This document shows positions 36,583 through 46,018 of a stretch of DNA of 64,000 nucleotides, in pieces. Position 1 is the stretch's first letter, and every line of letters begins with the position of its first letter. The notes beneath the pieces are model-generated. The model worked only from the letters and a program-made list of their open reading frames with translations. It was not told the DNA's origin and did no database searches. A program made the translations under genes and the position numbers. This DNA comes from Minisyncoccota bacterium (lineage in GTDB: Bacteria > Patescibacteriota > Minisyncoccia > Phycocordibacterales > SBAW01), in contig DASZWM010000002.1 in NCBI GenBank assembly GCA_035546615.1, positions 61,661 through 125,660 of the forward strand, given 5' to 3'.

Positions 36583-37054
36583 AGAGAGTAGAAGGCCGGG
36601 TCACTGCTGCGGAGGTACACCGCAGTTCGGCTGTTCGTAGGAGTTTTTCTTCCCGTGTCTCCGAAGCGTTTTTTTCGCGACGGCGCCATGACAACGAATG
36701 TGATGAGTAAACGGTATCGTGAGTAGATGGTCCACCATTCGCCCTTTTTCAAGGCGAGCGGTGGACCATCATTGTTTGTGGCATATGAGCACTCGCTTTG
36801 CTCGTCTCATATAACCGTCGCTCGCTCGGAAATACGCGCTGCGCGCTACCTGTCCCATATCTGTCCTAAAAAATAAGCAAGCTTCCTTTTTAGTCCATAT
36901 AATAGGGACAGCCGCAAGCTTTATTTCTCTCACTCGCTAGGTTATAATACTTGTGTATGTGTACCCCTTGGAGCGCTCCAAGGGCATATATGCGTGGACG
37001 ACGAACTTGTGTACGATTGGCGGCTCAATATCAAGGTCGAACCTTGCTGAAACT

Positions 37055-39709
37055 ATGGAAGACAAAATAACGATCAAAGGGGCGAAGACCCACAACCTCA
37101 AGAATGTCTCGCTGAGCATTCCGCGCAATAAGATGGTGATTTTCACGGGCCTCTCCGGTTCCGGGAAGTCGTCATTGGCATTCGATACTATTTTTGCCGA
37201 AGGCCAGCGCCGCTATGTTGAGTCCCTCTCCGCTTACGCGCGGCAATTCCTGCGCCAGATGCAGAAGCCCGACGTGGAGGAGATAACCGGACTCTCGCCG
37301 GCCATTTCCATCGACCAGAAATCGCGCTCCAACAATCCGCGCTCGACAGTGGCGACTATCACCGAGATCTACGACTATATGCGTATTTTGTTCGCGCGCG
37401 TCGGGAAGCCGCACTGCCTCGTATGCGGCCGCGAGATTAAGAAGCTTTCGAACGAAGAGATAATCCAGAGCATTGTCGACAGCGTCGGCAAATCCGCGCC
37501 GAAAAAGACCCGGAAGGTGATGGGCGTCGACATCCACGAGGACACGGTGAAGATATTCTCGCCGCTTGTGGTAGGTCGCAAGGGCGAGTACTACCAGCTC
37601 TTATACGACCTCCTCGGCAAGGGGTTTGAGAAGGCCAAGATTGACGGCACGGTTCGGAACCTGCGAGAACAAGTCATCCTTTCCAAATACCAGAAGCACA
37701 GCATCGACGCGCTCGTGGACGAGATACTGGTGACCGACTTTGCGCTTGCGCAAAAAGATTCAAAGCGCCGCGAAGCGGCGCTCGAGCGCCTTTCTGAAGC
37801 GGTGGAGCGCGCGCTCACCGAAAGCGACGGCCTGGTGAAGATAGAGGACGCGCACGGGGAGCGGCTCATTTCGGCCAAATTCATGTGCCCGTACGACGGG
37901 TTCTCGTTCCCGGAAGTGGAGCCGCGCCTGTTCTCGTTCAACTCGCCGTACGGCGCGTGTCCGGCCTGCAACGGGCTGGGCACCAAGCACTTCATGGGCG
38001 AGGAGCCGTGCGAAGTCTGCCACGGCGCGCGCCTGCGTCCCGAAGCGCTCAATGTATTTTTAGAGAAGGAGCAGAAGGATGCGGGCGAGCCTATGCCGGA
38101 GGCGTCTGTTCGCCGCAAGGAAGGGCGCTTCAATATCGTCGAGATAACCGATCTCTCGATACAGGACGCGCACGAGTACTTCATGGCGCTCAACCTTTCC
38201 AAAAAAGACCAGGAGATATCGAAAACCGTCATCAAGGAGATATGCGCGCGGCTGAAGTTCATGCTCGACGTGGGGCTCGACTACCTGACCCTCGACCGCC
38301 GCGCCAATACGCTCTCCGGCGGCGAAGCCCAGCGCATCCGTTTGGCTTCACAGCTGGGCTCCGGCCTCGTAGGCGCTTTGTACGTGCTCGATGAGCCGAC
38401 CATTGGCCTCCACCAGCGCGATAACGAGCGGCTTATAAAGACCCTCGTGAACCTGCGCGACCTGGGCAACACCATCATCGTAGTCGAGCACGACGAAGAC
38501 ACCATTTATTCCGGCGACTACCTCGTGGACATCGGCCCGGGCGCGGGCGTGCACGGCGGCCATGTGGTCGTGGCCGGCGACCTCGATAAATTGCTTACCG
38601 CTAAGAAGAACGACAGCGGCTCGGTAACGCTCGCGTATCTGCGCGGCGAGAAGGCGGTGCCTGTGCCGGACTATCGCCGCGACAAGGAGAAGGGGTGGAT
38701 AAAAATAAAAGGCGGCGAGGCGTTCAACATACATAATCTTTCCGTCGATATTCCGCTTGGGCGGCTCGTGGCGGTCACCGGCGTCTCGGGCTCGGGCAAA
38801 TCGACGTTCCTCTACGAGGTCTTGTACGAGAACCTGCGCGCGCGCTTCGACAAGCGCTACCGCACCAGCAAGGTGTTCAACGCCGCGAGCGTCGAAGGCA
38901 TGGAAAATTTGAGCCGAGCGATACTCATCGACCAATCGCCGATAGGCCGCACGCCTAGAAGCAACCCCGCAACCTACACCGGCGCATTTACCTTCGTGCG
39001 CGACCTGTTCGCCGAGACTAACGAGGCGCGCGCGCGCGGCTGGAAGTCCAGCAGGTTCTCCTTCAATGTGCCGCAGTCGCGCGGCGGCGGCCGCTGCGAG
39101 GCGTGCGAGGGCAACGGCACCATCGCGGTGGAGATGGCGTTCTTGCCGACCGTGTATGTCACCTGCGACGTATGCAACGGCAAGCGCTTTATGAAGGAAA
39201 CGCTCGAGGTCAAATACAAGAAGAAGAACGTATACGAGGTGCTCGACATGTCCGTGGAGGAGGCGCTCGCGTTCTTCAACGACATTCCGGCTATCTACGA
39301 CCGCTTGAAGACGCTTGAGGAGGTGGGACTCGGCTATCTGAAGCTGGGGCAGTCCGCCACGACGCTCTCCGGCGGCGAAGCGCAGCGCGTGAAAATATCC
39401 GCCGAGCTCTATAAGCCGCATCTGCAGAAGACCATCTACCTGCTGGACGAGCCGACGGTCGGCCTCCACTACGAGGACGTGCAGAAGCTCATTGATATAT
39501 TGAACCGGCTGGTAAACGCGGGGAACTCGGTCGTGCTTATCGAGCATAATATGGACATCATCAAGAACGCCGACTGGCTGCTCGATTTCGGGCCGGAAGG
39601 GGGAGTGGGCGGCGGGAAGCTGGTGGCAAAAGGCACGCCGGAGGACGTGGCCAACAGCAAACATTCCCATACCGGCAGATACCTGCAGAAAATATTGAAA
39701 GGAAAATAG
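37055..39709 (+). CDS. uvrA: excinuclease ABC subunit A
   Basis: About 884 aa from ATG 37055; two ABC ATPase modules ([22 protein letters not shown]), zinc fingers. Confidence 0.95.
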   Translation: MEDKITIKGAKTHNLKNVSLSIPRNKMVIFTGLSGSGKSSLAFDTIFAEGQRRYVESLSAYARQFLRQMQKPDVEEITGLSPAISIDQKSRSNNPRSTVATITEIYDYMRILFARVGKPHCLVCGREIKKLSNEEIIQSIVDSVGKSAPKKTRKVMGVDIHEDTVKIFSPLVVGRKGEYYQLLYDLLGKGFEKAKIDGTVRNLREQVILSKYQKHSIDALVDEILVTDFALAQKDSKRREAALERLSEAVERALTESDGLVKIEDAHGERLISAKFMCPYDGFSFPEVEPRLFSFNSPYGACPACNGLGTKHFMGEEPCEVCHGARLRPEALNVFLEKEQKDAGEPMPEASVRRKEGRFNIVEITDLSIQDAHEYFMALNLSKKDQEISKTVIKEICARLKFMLDVGLDYLTLDRRANTLSGGEAQRIRLASQLGSGLVGALYVLDEPTIGLHQRDNERLIKTLVNLRDLGNTIIVVEHDEDTIYSGDYLVDIGPGAGVHGGHVVVAGDLDKLLTAKKNDSGSVTLAYLRGEKAVPVPDYRRDKEKGWIKIKGGEAFNIHNLSVDIPLGRLVAVTGVSGSGKSTFLYEVLYENLRARFDKRYRTSKVFNAASVEGMENLSRAILIDQSPIGRTPRSNPATYTGAFTFVRDLFAETNEARARGWKSSRFSFNVPQSRGGGRCEACEGNGTIAVEMAFLPTVYVTCDVCNGKRFMKETLEVKYKKKNVYEVLDMSVEEALAFFNDIPAIYDRLKTLEEVGLGYLKLGQSATTLSGGEAQRVKISAELYKPHLQKTIYLLDEPTVGLHYEDVQKLIDILNRLVNAGNSVVLIEHNMDIIKNADWLLDFGPEGGVGGGKLVAKGTPEDVANSKHSHTGRYLQKILKGK

Positions 39710-39711
39710 AA

Positions 39712-39745
39712 AAGGGCCGGCTATGCGCCGGCCCTTCTTCTTGTT
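39712..39745. terminator. bidirectional terminator hairpin (gggccggc-tatg-cgccggccc)
   Basis: Perfect GC-rich hairpin between the uvrA stop and a convergent small ORF. Confidence 0.6.
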
Positions 39746-39750
39746 CAGCC

Positions 39751-40086
39751 TTATCCGCTCAAAAGCAGGGCGGTTGCCGCGTCAGCGTCGCTCATCGACG
39801 CGAAATACATCCGGGTCACCGCATATTTAGGCGCCAGCGGCGTTATACATCCCGTATGCCCGTCCCGCTTGCGGGTTACCCAGCAGCGCGCTTCGTAGGC
39901 TTTGAGCGCCCGTTTGATCTCATCCAAAGAAGGGATGATGACCGCCGGCTTCCCGCATTCCGTCGCCTTAACGCTTGCGGCGGCGCGCATCCGTTCGAGC
40001 CGGAGCTCCGCGATCGAGTACTGCAGTTCCGCAGCCGTCTGCTGAGGCTGTATCAGCAGGGCCGTAAAGAGGTCGTCGTGCCGCAC
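39751..40086 (-). CDS. hypothetical protein
   Basis: 111-aa ORF, more protein-like than the overlapping plus-strand frame. Confidence 0.4.
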   Translation of the reverse strand: MRHDDLFTALLIQPQQTAAELQYSIAELRLERMRAAASVKATECGKPAVIIPSLDEIKRALKAYEARCWVTRKRDGHTGCITPLAPKYAVTRMYFASMSDADAATALLLSG

Positions 40087-40144
40087 CGCTTGTCTCCCCG
40101 TATATGAGTGAGTCCGAGGAGATTAATATCATGGATATGGTATA

Positions 40145-41437
40145 ATGTCAAAGATGCTGCTTGAAGACTACAACAACCTGAAAAAAGAGATGCCCGACAG
40201 CCCCGGCGTGTACTACTTCCTGGGCCCCCGCAAGGAAGTGCTCTACATCGGCAAGGCGACCAGCCTGAAGAGCCGCGTGCGCAGCTACTTCGCGCCCGAC
40301 CTCATTGAGACCAGGGGGCCTCTGCTGGTGGAGATGCTCGCGCTTGCTAAGAATGTGGAGTGGAAGCAGGCCGACTCGGTGCTGGAAGCCCTGATACTGG
40401 AGGCGAACCTCATCCGCTCGCACCAGCCGCCCTACAATACGCTGCTGAAGGACGACAAGAGCTTCAACTACGTCGTCATCACGAAGGAGGATTTTCCGCG
40501 CGTGCTCGTGGTGCGCGGCAAGAATCTGGAGGACGAGTTTCCTGAGAAAAAGCGCAAATACGTGTTCGGTCCGTTCCCGCACGGGCTCCAGCTGCGCGAA
40601 GCGATGAAGCTGGTGCGCAAGATATTCCCGTATCGCGACACCTGCACGCCCGCGGCGGATCTTATGGCGCAGGGCAAGAAACCGCGGCCCTGCTTCAATG
40701 CTCACATCGGGCTGTGTCCCGGCGTGTGCTCGGGCGCGATTTCAAAAGAGGAATACGCGCGTATCATCCGCCACATCGCACTGCTGTTCGAAGGCAAAAA
40801 GAAGCAGCTTTTAAAGACCCTTGAGCGCGAGATGAAGGCGGCGGCGAAGGCGGAGCGGTTCGAGGAAGCGGCGCGCATGCGCGGCCAGGTCTTCGCCCTC
40901 ACGCACATTCAGGACGTGTCGCTTATAAAGGAAGAGTACCGAAAGCCGAAAATCACGCTCGGCGTCACGCGCATCGAGGCGTACGACATGGCGCACCTGC
41001 GCGGCTCGGCCAACGTGGGCGTCATGACCGTGGTGGAGGATGGTGTCGCGCAAAGGAGCGACTATCGCAAATTCCGCATCCGCGCCGCCAGCCCCGGCGA
41101 CGACGTGGGCGCGCTTCGCGAAGTGCTTACGCGCCGGCTGGGACATGAGGAGTGGCCCCTGCCGCGGCTCATCGCGGTTGACGGCGCGGCGGCGCAGATG
41201 AACGCCGCACAAAAGGTGCTCGACGAATTCGGCATGACCATTCCGATCGTCGGCGTCGTAAAGGACGAGAAGCACCGCCCGCGCGACATCCGCGGTGACC
41301 GGGAGCTCATCCAAGGCCGCGAACGCGATATTTTGCTCGCCAATGCCGAGGCGCATCGGTTTGCCATCAATTATCACCGCAAGACCAGCCGCAAAGGGCT
41401 AACTGAAATTGGATGGTCGGAAAGAACCATCCGATAA
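40145..41437 (+). CDS. uvrC: excinuclease ABC subunit C, short form lacking the C-terminal (HhH)2 domain
   Basis: 430 aa; GIY-YIG (GVYYFLG...LYIGKA), UvrBC-binding region, RNase H-like endonuclease domain; ends without helix-hairpin-helix. Confidence 0.8.
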   Translation: MSKMLLEDYNNLKKEMPDSPGVYYFLGPRKEVLYIGKATSLKSRVRSYFAPDLIETRGPLLVEMLALAKNVEWKQADSVLEALILEANLIRSHQPPYNTLLKDDKSFNYVVITKEDFPRVLVVRGKNLEDEFPEKKRKYVFGPFPHGLQLREAMKLVRKIFPYRDTCTPAADLMAQGKKPRPCFNAHIGLCPGVCSGAISKEEYARIIRHIALLFEGKKKQLLKTLEREMKAAAKAERFEEAARMRGQVFALTHIQDVSLIKEEYRKPKITLGVTRIEAYDMAHLRGSANVGVMTVVEDGVAQRSDYRKFRIRAASPGDDVGALREVLTRRLGHEEWPLPRLIAVDGAAAQMNAAQKVLDEFGMTIPIVGVVKDEKHRPRDIRGDRELIQGRERDILLANAEAHRFAINYHRKTSRKGLTEIGWSERTIR

Positions 41438-41461
41438 ATAAAAGCGTTATATACTTCAAGT

Positions 41462-42466
41462 ATGAGAACGGTGGTGGGAGTGTTGCGCGGCGGGCCGTCG
41501 AGCGAATACGAGGTATCGCTTAAAAGCGGCGCGTCGATATTGCAGTCGCTCGACCGCGAAAAATACGAGCCGCGCGACCTGTTCATAGACCGCTCGGGGC
41601 AGTGGCACGCCGCCGGCGCCCCGGTCACTCCGGAACGGGCGCTACGGGGCGTCGACGTCGCATTTAACGTCATCCACGGCGAGTACGGCGAGGACGGCCG
41701 CCTGCATGACGTGCTCGATTCGCTCGGCGTGCCGTACACCGGAGCCAATGCGGAAGCCTCGATGCTTGCGTTCGACAAGGCGCGCACCAAGCAGGCGCTC
41801 AAGAAGCTCGGCATCAGGACGCCGCGAGTCCTGCTCGTAACCCAGGACGACGCGCAAGGCGGGTACGAGAAGCTCGCGCTCGACATATTCCGCTCGTTCC
41901 CGCACCCGGCCATCGTAAAGCCCGCCATCGGCGGCTCCTCGGTCGGCATAACCGTCGTCAATACTTTCCATACGCTCGCCTTCGCCCTTGAGAAGGCGTT
42001 CGCGGTCTCGCCGCGGGTGCTGATAGAGGAATATATAAAGGGGCGGGAGGCGACGGTGGGCGTTATCGACGATTTTCGCGGCGAAAAGACGTACGCGCTC
42101 ATGCCTATCGAGATAATCCCGCCGCCCTCGAGGCCGTTCTTCGATTACGACGCGAAATACGGCGGAGAGACCGTCGAGCGCGTGCCCGGCAACTTTACCG
42201 CTGGGGAAAAGGAGGAGCTGGCGGCGATAGCGCGCGCGGCGCACGAGGCGCTGGGGCAGGCGCATTACTCGCGCTCCGATTTCGTCGTTTCCCGCCGCGG
42301 GATCTTCTTCCTGGAGACCAACAGCGCGTCGGCCGTCGGCATGACCCGGGAATCGCTCTTCCCGAAGGCGCTTTCCGCCATTGGAGCAAGCCTGGGCCAT
42401 TTTACGGACCATGTGGTGACCCTTGCGCAGGGCGGCAGAAGGGTGGTACATACACGCCATGGCTAG
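41462..42466 (+). CDS. ddl: D-alanine--D-alanine ligase
   Basis: 334 aa; ATP-grasp motifs. Confidence 0.9.
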   Translation: MRTVVGVLRGGPSSEYEVSLKSGASILQSLDREKYEPRDLFIDRSGQWHAAGAPVTPERALRGVDVAFNVIHGEYGEDGRLHDVLDSLGVPYTGANAEASMLAFDKARTKQALKKLGIRTPRVLLVTQDDAQGGYEKLALDIFRSFPHPAIVKPAIGGSSVGITVVNTFHTLAFALEKAFAVSPRVLIEEYIKGREATVGVIDDFRGEKTYALMPIEIIPPPSRPFFDYDAKYGGETVERVPGNFTAGEKEELAAIARAAHEALGQAHYSRSDFVVSRRGIFFLETNSASAVGMTRESLFPKALSAIGASLGHFTDHVVTLAQGGRRVVHTRHG

Positions 42467-42797
42467 CAAACTCGCGAAAAAGAAGTGCGTGCCCTGCGAG
42501 GGGGGAGTAAAGCCCCTCACCGAAGAGGCTGCGCAGGACCTTATGAAGGAGCTCGACCCGGAATGGGCGCTCATAGATGAAGCCCACATACTGGCCCGGG
42601 GCTTTCACTTCAAGGATTTCAAAAAGACGATGGTATTCGTCAATAAGGTTGCCGCCATTGCCGAGGAAGAGCAGCACCACCCGGACCTGACCATTTCCTA
42701 CGGCGATGTGGGGGTGGAACTGACCACCCACGCTATCCACGGCCTGTCCGAGAACGACTTTATTTTGGCCGCGAAGATTGATATGCTGGGGGCATGA
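42459..42797 (+). CDS. 4a-hydroxytetrahydrobiopterin dehydratase (pterin-4a-carbinolamine dehydratase)
   Basis: Internal ATG (MASKLAKKKCVPCEG...); EEEQHHPD motif. Confidence 0.8.
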   Translation: MASKLAKKKCVPCEGGVKPLTEEAAQDLMKELDPEWALIDEAHILARGFHFKDFKKTMVFVNKVAAIAEEEQHHPDLTISYGDVGVELTTHAIHGLSENDFILAAKIDMLGA

Positions 42798-45013
42798 AGC
42801 ATTTTAATCTTGGGCTGGCCGCTTTCGCTTTACTTATTATTCCGGGCGTCGTTTCCGCAACGGGGTACTCCTCTGACAGGACCCCTCCAGTTATTTCTTC
42901 GCACTCCAACGTTACCGTAACCGCAACGACGAATGCGGGCGCCAAGGTCACGTATACGCTTCCGACCGCAAAAGACGCGAAGGACGGCACCGTTTCCGTC
43001 TCCTGTACTCCTTCATCTGGCAGCCAGTTTCCCATAGGGAACACCACGGTCACCTGCAGCGCCAAGGACAGATCCGGCAACGAGGCGCGAAGCTCTTTTA
43101 AAGTGACGGTCAATCCGTTGCCTCCGGACAGGACGCCCCCGACGATAGCGTCGCATCCTAAGATAGTCGTAGACGCCACTTCAAGCGCCGGCGCGTTCAT
43201 CGATTACGCGCTTCCGACCGCCAACGACGCGCGCGACGGCGTCGTACCCGTATCTTGCTCGCCTCTTTCCGGCACGACGTTTTCGATAGGCGTCACGACG
43301 GTCCGCTGCTCCGCGCACGACGCCGCGGGCAATACCTCCTCAAGCTCCTTCACCGTTACGGTCAAGCCGGTGCCCCCTCCTCCGCCCGACAGGACGGCGC
43401 CGAAGCCTCTCTCTATCCATATCCAGAGCAATAACACCAATCCGTCGCAGGCCAAGGCGGGCGACACGGTGACGATAAGCTTTACCGCCAGCGAAAAGGT
43501 CAACCCCGTTGTCCTTGTGGAGAGCCGCGTGCTCTTCGCGAAGTCGGTCAACACCGGCGGCAATTCCTGGGACGCTTCCTATGTCGTGACTTCCAAGGAC
43601 AGGACCGGCAACAAAGTAGACTATCTTCTTACGCTCAGGGATACGGCGGGCAATATATATGCCTGCTCCTCCGCCCGCCTGCCGCTTGTCGGCTACTGCC
43701 CGACGACCGACGGCTCTTCGGTCACTATTTACAAGCAGACGACGCCTCCGGCCGACACGACCGCGCCGGTCATCGCCGCGCACGCGGACGTTACGGTTAC
43801 CGCCACCGACTCGTCGGGCGCAACGGTAACCTATTCGCTTCCGACCGCCAACGACGCCAAGGACGGCGCGGTGCCGGTTTTGTGCGCTCCTGCATCCGGA
43901 ACCCTGTTCGCGATAGGGAATACCACGGTCACCTGCACCGCGGCGGACATCGCCGGCAATGCCGCCTCGACGACCTTCAGCGTGATAGTCAACCCCCTTC
44001 CTCCGGACACGACGCCGCCCGTTATCAACTCATCCACTAATATCGCAGTTGATGCCGATGACGAGAACGGCGCTTCGGTTGCATACGTCGTCCCGAACGC
44101 GACCGACGCCCGCGACGGCGCGGTAGCCGTATCCTGCACGCCCCCTACAGGCAGTGTATTCGCGATAGGCACCACGCCGGTTAACTGCTCCGCTACCGAC
44201 GCCGCCGGAAACACCTCGTCGAGCTCGTTCACTGTTACCGTCAATCCGCTTCCGGATAGAATGGCGCCGACTCTGGAGTCGCATGATGACATAACCGTCG
44301 AGACTTCCGACGGCGCCGGGGCTTCCGTTACCTACACCGCACCCTCCGCGACAGACAATATCGACCCGAATCCGACGGTTGAATGCGCCCCGGCTTCTGG
44401 TACCCTATTCGAACTCGGCGATACCGAGGTAGAGTGCGTCGCCGAAGACGCGACCGGCAATACCTCCTCCACCACGTCCTTCAAGGTAACAGTTGTCTTC
44501 GTTCCGCAGCCGTATACCATGGCCTCGCAGGAGGACGAGTCCAATTTCTGCAATCCGGATTGGCGCGAGTGCTATACCGGAGGAACTCCGGAGAGCGTAA
44601 TTAACTTGGGACAGGGGTCCAACTTTGGCAACGGCTCTCTCTTGAGCCTTACCATCGCTCGTGACGATAGCTATGGGCCGGTTTTGGAGGATTATCCATG
44701 GACGATAGAGATCCGTTGTTACACTAATTCGGCGTACACTTCTGCTTGTCCTGACTGGACAGCGCCTAACGCATGGAATGGAGACCGAGCCTACTTCGTG
44801 AGAGAAGCGGCGACCTCCACACAGGACCTCAAATACTGGACGGCATACTTTACCGACCCGAGTCACGAGACTAACTTTGATGGTTCCGCGCCAGTCGTAT
44901 TTAATCCCGCATATTACTACCGTCTCTCGATCAACGATAATAATATAATTATTGGTGCCTACGGTTCTGCTACCGAACCCTATTGGGTAATGACAGGAAT
45001 GACACGACCGTAG
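42794..45013 (+). CDS. large secreted cell-surface protein with about five HYR (hyalin repeat)/Ig-like domains
   Basis: 739 aa; signal peptide; repeated about 80-aa units ...TPPVISSHSNVTVTAT...AKDGTVSVSCTP..G..F.IGNTTVTCSA.D..GN...F.VTVNP. Confidence 0.8.
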   Translation: MKHFNLGLAAFALLIIPGVVSATGYSSDRTPPVISSHSNVTVTATTNAGAKVTYTLPTAKDAKDGTVSVSCTPSSGSQFPIGNTTVTCSAKDRSGNEARSSFKVTVNPLPPDRTPPTIASHPKIVVDATSSAGAFIDYALPTANDARDGVVPVSCSPLSGTTFSIGVTTVRCSAHDAAGNTSSSSFTVTVKPVPPPPPDRTAPKPLSIHIQSNNTNPSQAKAGDTVTISFTASEKVNPVVLVESRVLFAKSVNTGGNSWDASYVVTSKDRTGNKVDYLLTLRDTAGNIYACSSARLPLVGYCPTTDGSSVTIYKQTTPPADTTAPVIAAHADVTVTATDSSGATVTYSLPTANDAKDGAVPVLCAPASGTLFAIGNTTVTCTAADIAGNAASTTFSVIVNPLPPDTTPPVINSSTNIAVDADDENGASVAYVVPNATDARDGAVAVSCTPPTGSVFAIGTTPVNCSATDAAGNTSSSSFTVTVNPLPDRMAPTLESHDDITVETSDGAGASVTYTAPSATDNIDPNPTVECAPASGTLFELGDTEVECVAEDATGNTSSTTSFKVTVVFVPQPYTMASQEDESNFCNPDWRECYTGGTPESVINLGQGSNFGNGSLLSLTIARDDSYGPVLEDYPWTIEIRCYTNSAYTSACPDWTAPNAWNGDRAYFVREAATSTQDLKYWTAYFTDPSHETNFDGSAPVVFNPAYYYRLSINDNNIIIGAYGSATEPYWVMTGMTRP
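42890..44480 (+). repeat. tandem about 250-bp intragenic repeats encoding HYR domains
   Basis: Repeat units begin near 42890, 43130, 43750, 43995 and 44240; an unrelated domain is inserted 43385-43740. Confidence 0.6.
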
Positions 45014-45025
45014 GTATAACTGTGC

Positions 45026-45484
45026 ATGCAACATAAAGTCCTACGCGGCTTCACATTGATAGAGCTTCTGGTCGTTATAGCTATAATAGGGATACTTTCT
45101 AGTATTGTATTAGCGGCACTCGGGAAGGCTAGGGACGGCGCACGCGATGCGCGACGTGTCAGCGAGCTGCGAAGCATAGTACAAACTCTATTCCAATTGG
45201 ATATAAACAATCCAAATCAATCGCTCGATTGTGATGGCAGCGGTTTTACAACTGGTTGTAATTACATCAGCCAGTATAAAGATCCTACCGGTACGCTGTC
45301 GTGCGTTGTATTCCCTCCTAGTTCTGCCCGTGTGTGTCAATACACTATTACAAGCCCTTCCGGAGGCACTATCACCAGTTCTAACTTCAAGGTATGTACC
45401 TATTTAGAGGTAGGTTCAGGGGGTTTGCCGAAAGGAAATATAAATATAAATAGCAGTACTTACACCCTTACCGCCGGCTGCTAG
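45026..45484 (+). CDS. type IV pilin / pseudopilin (prepilin-type N-terminal cleavage/methylation domain)
   Basis: 152 aa; GFTLIELLVVIAIIGILSSIVLAAL. Confidence 0.8.
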   Translation: MQHKVLRGFTLIELLVVIAIIGILSSIVLAALGKARDGARDARRVSELRSIVQTLFQLDINNPNQSLDCDGSGFTTGCNYISQYKDPTGTLSCVVFPPSSARVCQYTITSPSGGTITSSNFKVCTYLEVGSGGLPKGNININSSTYTLTAGC

Positions 45485-45492
45485 AATGGTAG

Positions 45493-45563
45493 TGGACCTG
45501 GCGAGAATCGGACTCGCGACTCGGCAATGCGAATGCCGCGTAATACCACTTTACTACAGGCCC
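45493..45563 (-). tRNA. tRNA-Ala (anticodon CGC), T-loop UCCGAUU
   Basis: Hand-folded cloverleaf GGGCCUG/CAGGUCC acceptor with G3:U70 Ala identity pair, anticodon loop UUCGCAU; C instead of U at position 55. Confidence 0.7.
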
Positions 45564-45655
45564 GCTGAGATTTTCTTAGCGTTCTGCGCCTTAGAAAATC
45601 CAAGTGCACTTGGTGCTACCAAGGTGCCTTTTATCAAAATGCGTGCAACCCAGTG

Positions 45656-45720
45656 TCGGGATGCCGAGAATCGGACTCGGGAGTCGGTTCTACGCACCGA
45701 CTCAATTCAAGAAATGCGCA
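45656..45720 (-). pseudogene. tRNA 3' fragment: anticodon stem with a 20-nt loop, T-arm (UCCGAUU) and acceptor 3' strand CAUCCCG+A
   Basis: Shares anticodon-stem and T-arm sequence with the tRNA-Pro 70 bp away; no adjacent 5' half. Confidence 0.4.
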
Positions 45721-45745
45721 CCCTTCTCAATTTTCAGAGGCTCTG

Positions 45746-45816
45746 TCGGAGTGCCGAGAATCGGACTCGGGTCTTACGCACCCGAAGCGCATGTAATACC
45801 ACTATACCACACTCCG
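45746..45816 (-). tRNA. tRNA-Pro (anticodon CGG), T-loop UCCGAUU, with a 16-bp extended acceptor helix (45739..45824)
   Basis: C1:G72 and A73 (Pro identity), anticodon loop UUCGGGU with G37; leader GGCUCUGU pairs with trailer ACAGAGCC. Confidence 0.7.
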
Positions 45817-45824
45817 ACAGAGCC

Positions 45825-45861
45825 TCCGATGGCCTACGTAATACCATTATACCACATCCCG
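45825..45861 (-). pseudogene. tRNA 5' fragment (acceptor CGGGAUG + D-arm GUAU-AAUGGUA-UUAC)
   Basis: Acceptor 5' strand is the exact complement of the 3' strand of the fragment at 45656..45720. Confidence 0.35.
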
Positions 45862-46018
45862 ACACTGGATTTCACAGGACTTTTTTGTGGTCACAAATCG
45901 AATTTTCTCGACAGAAAATTCGTTCGCGACCCCAGCTCGCGGTTTTGCAAGTGCAAAACATCGCTACGCTTTGCCCCCAGGCGTCCACTCTGCCGCAGGG
46001 CAAAGTGGACGTCCTGTG

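Noticed and set aside
36077-36752. Track ORFs (146, 128, 98 and 84 aa) in the uvrB-uvrA gap
   Set aside because: Arg/Pro/Ser-rich low-complexity translations, mutually overlapping, in a region full of hairpins. Treated as non-coding, possibly RNA.
38348-39670. 440-aa ORF antisense to uvrA
   Set aside because: Antisense artefact.
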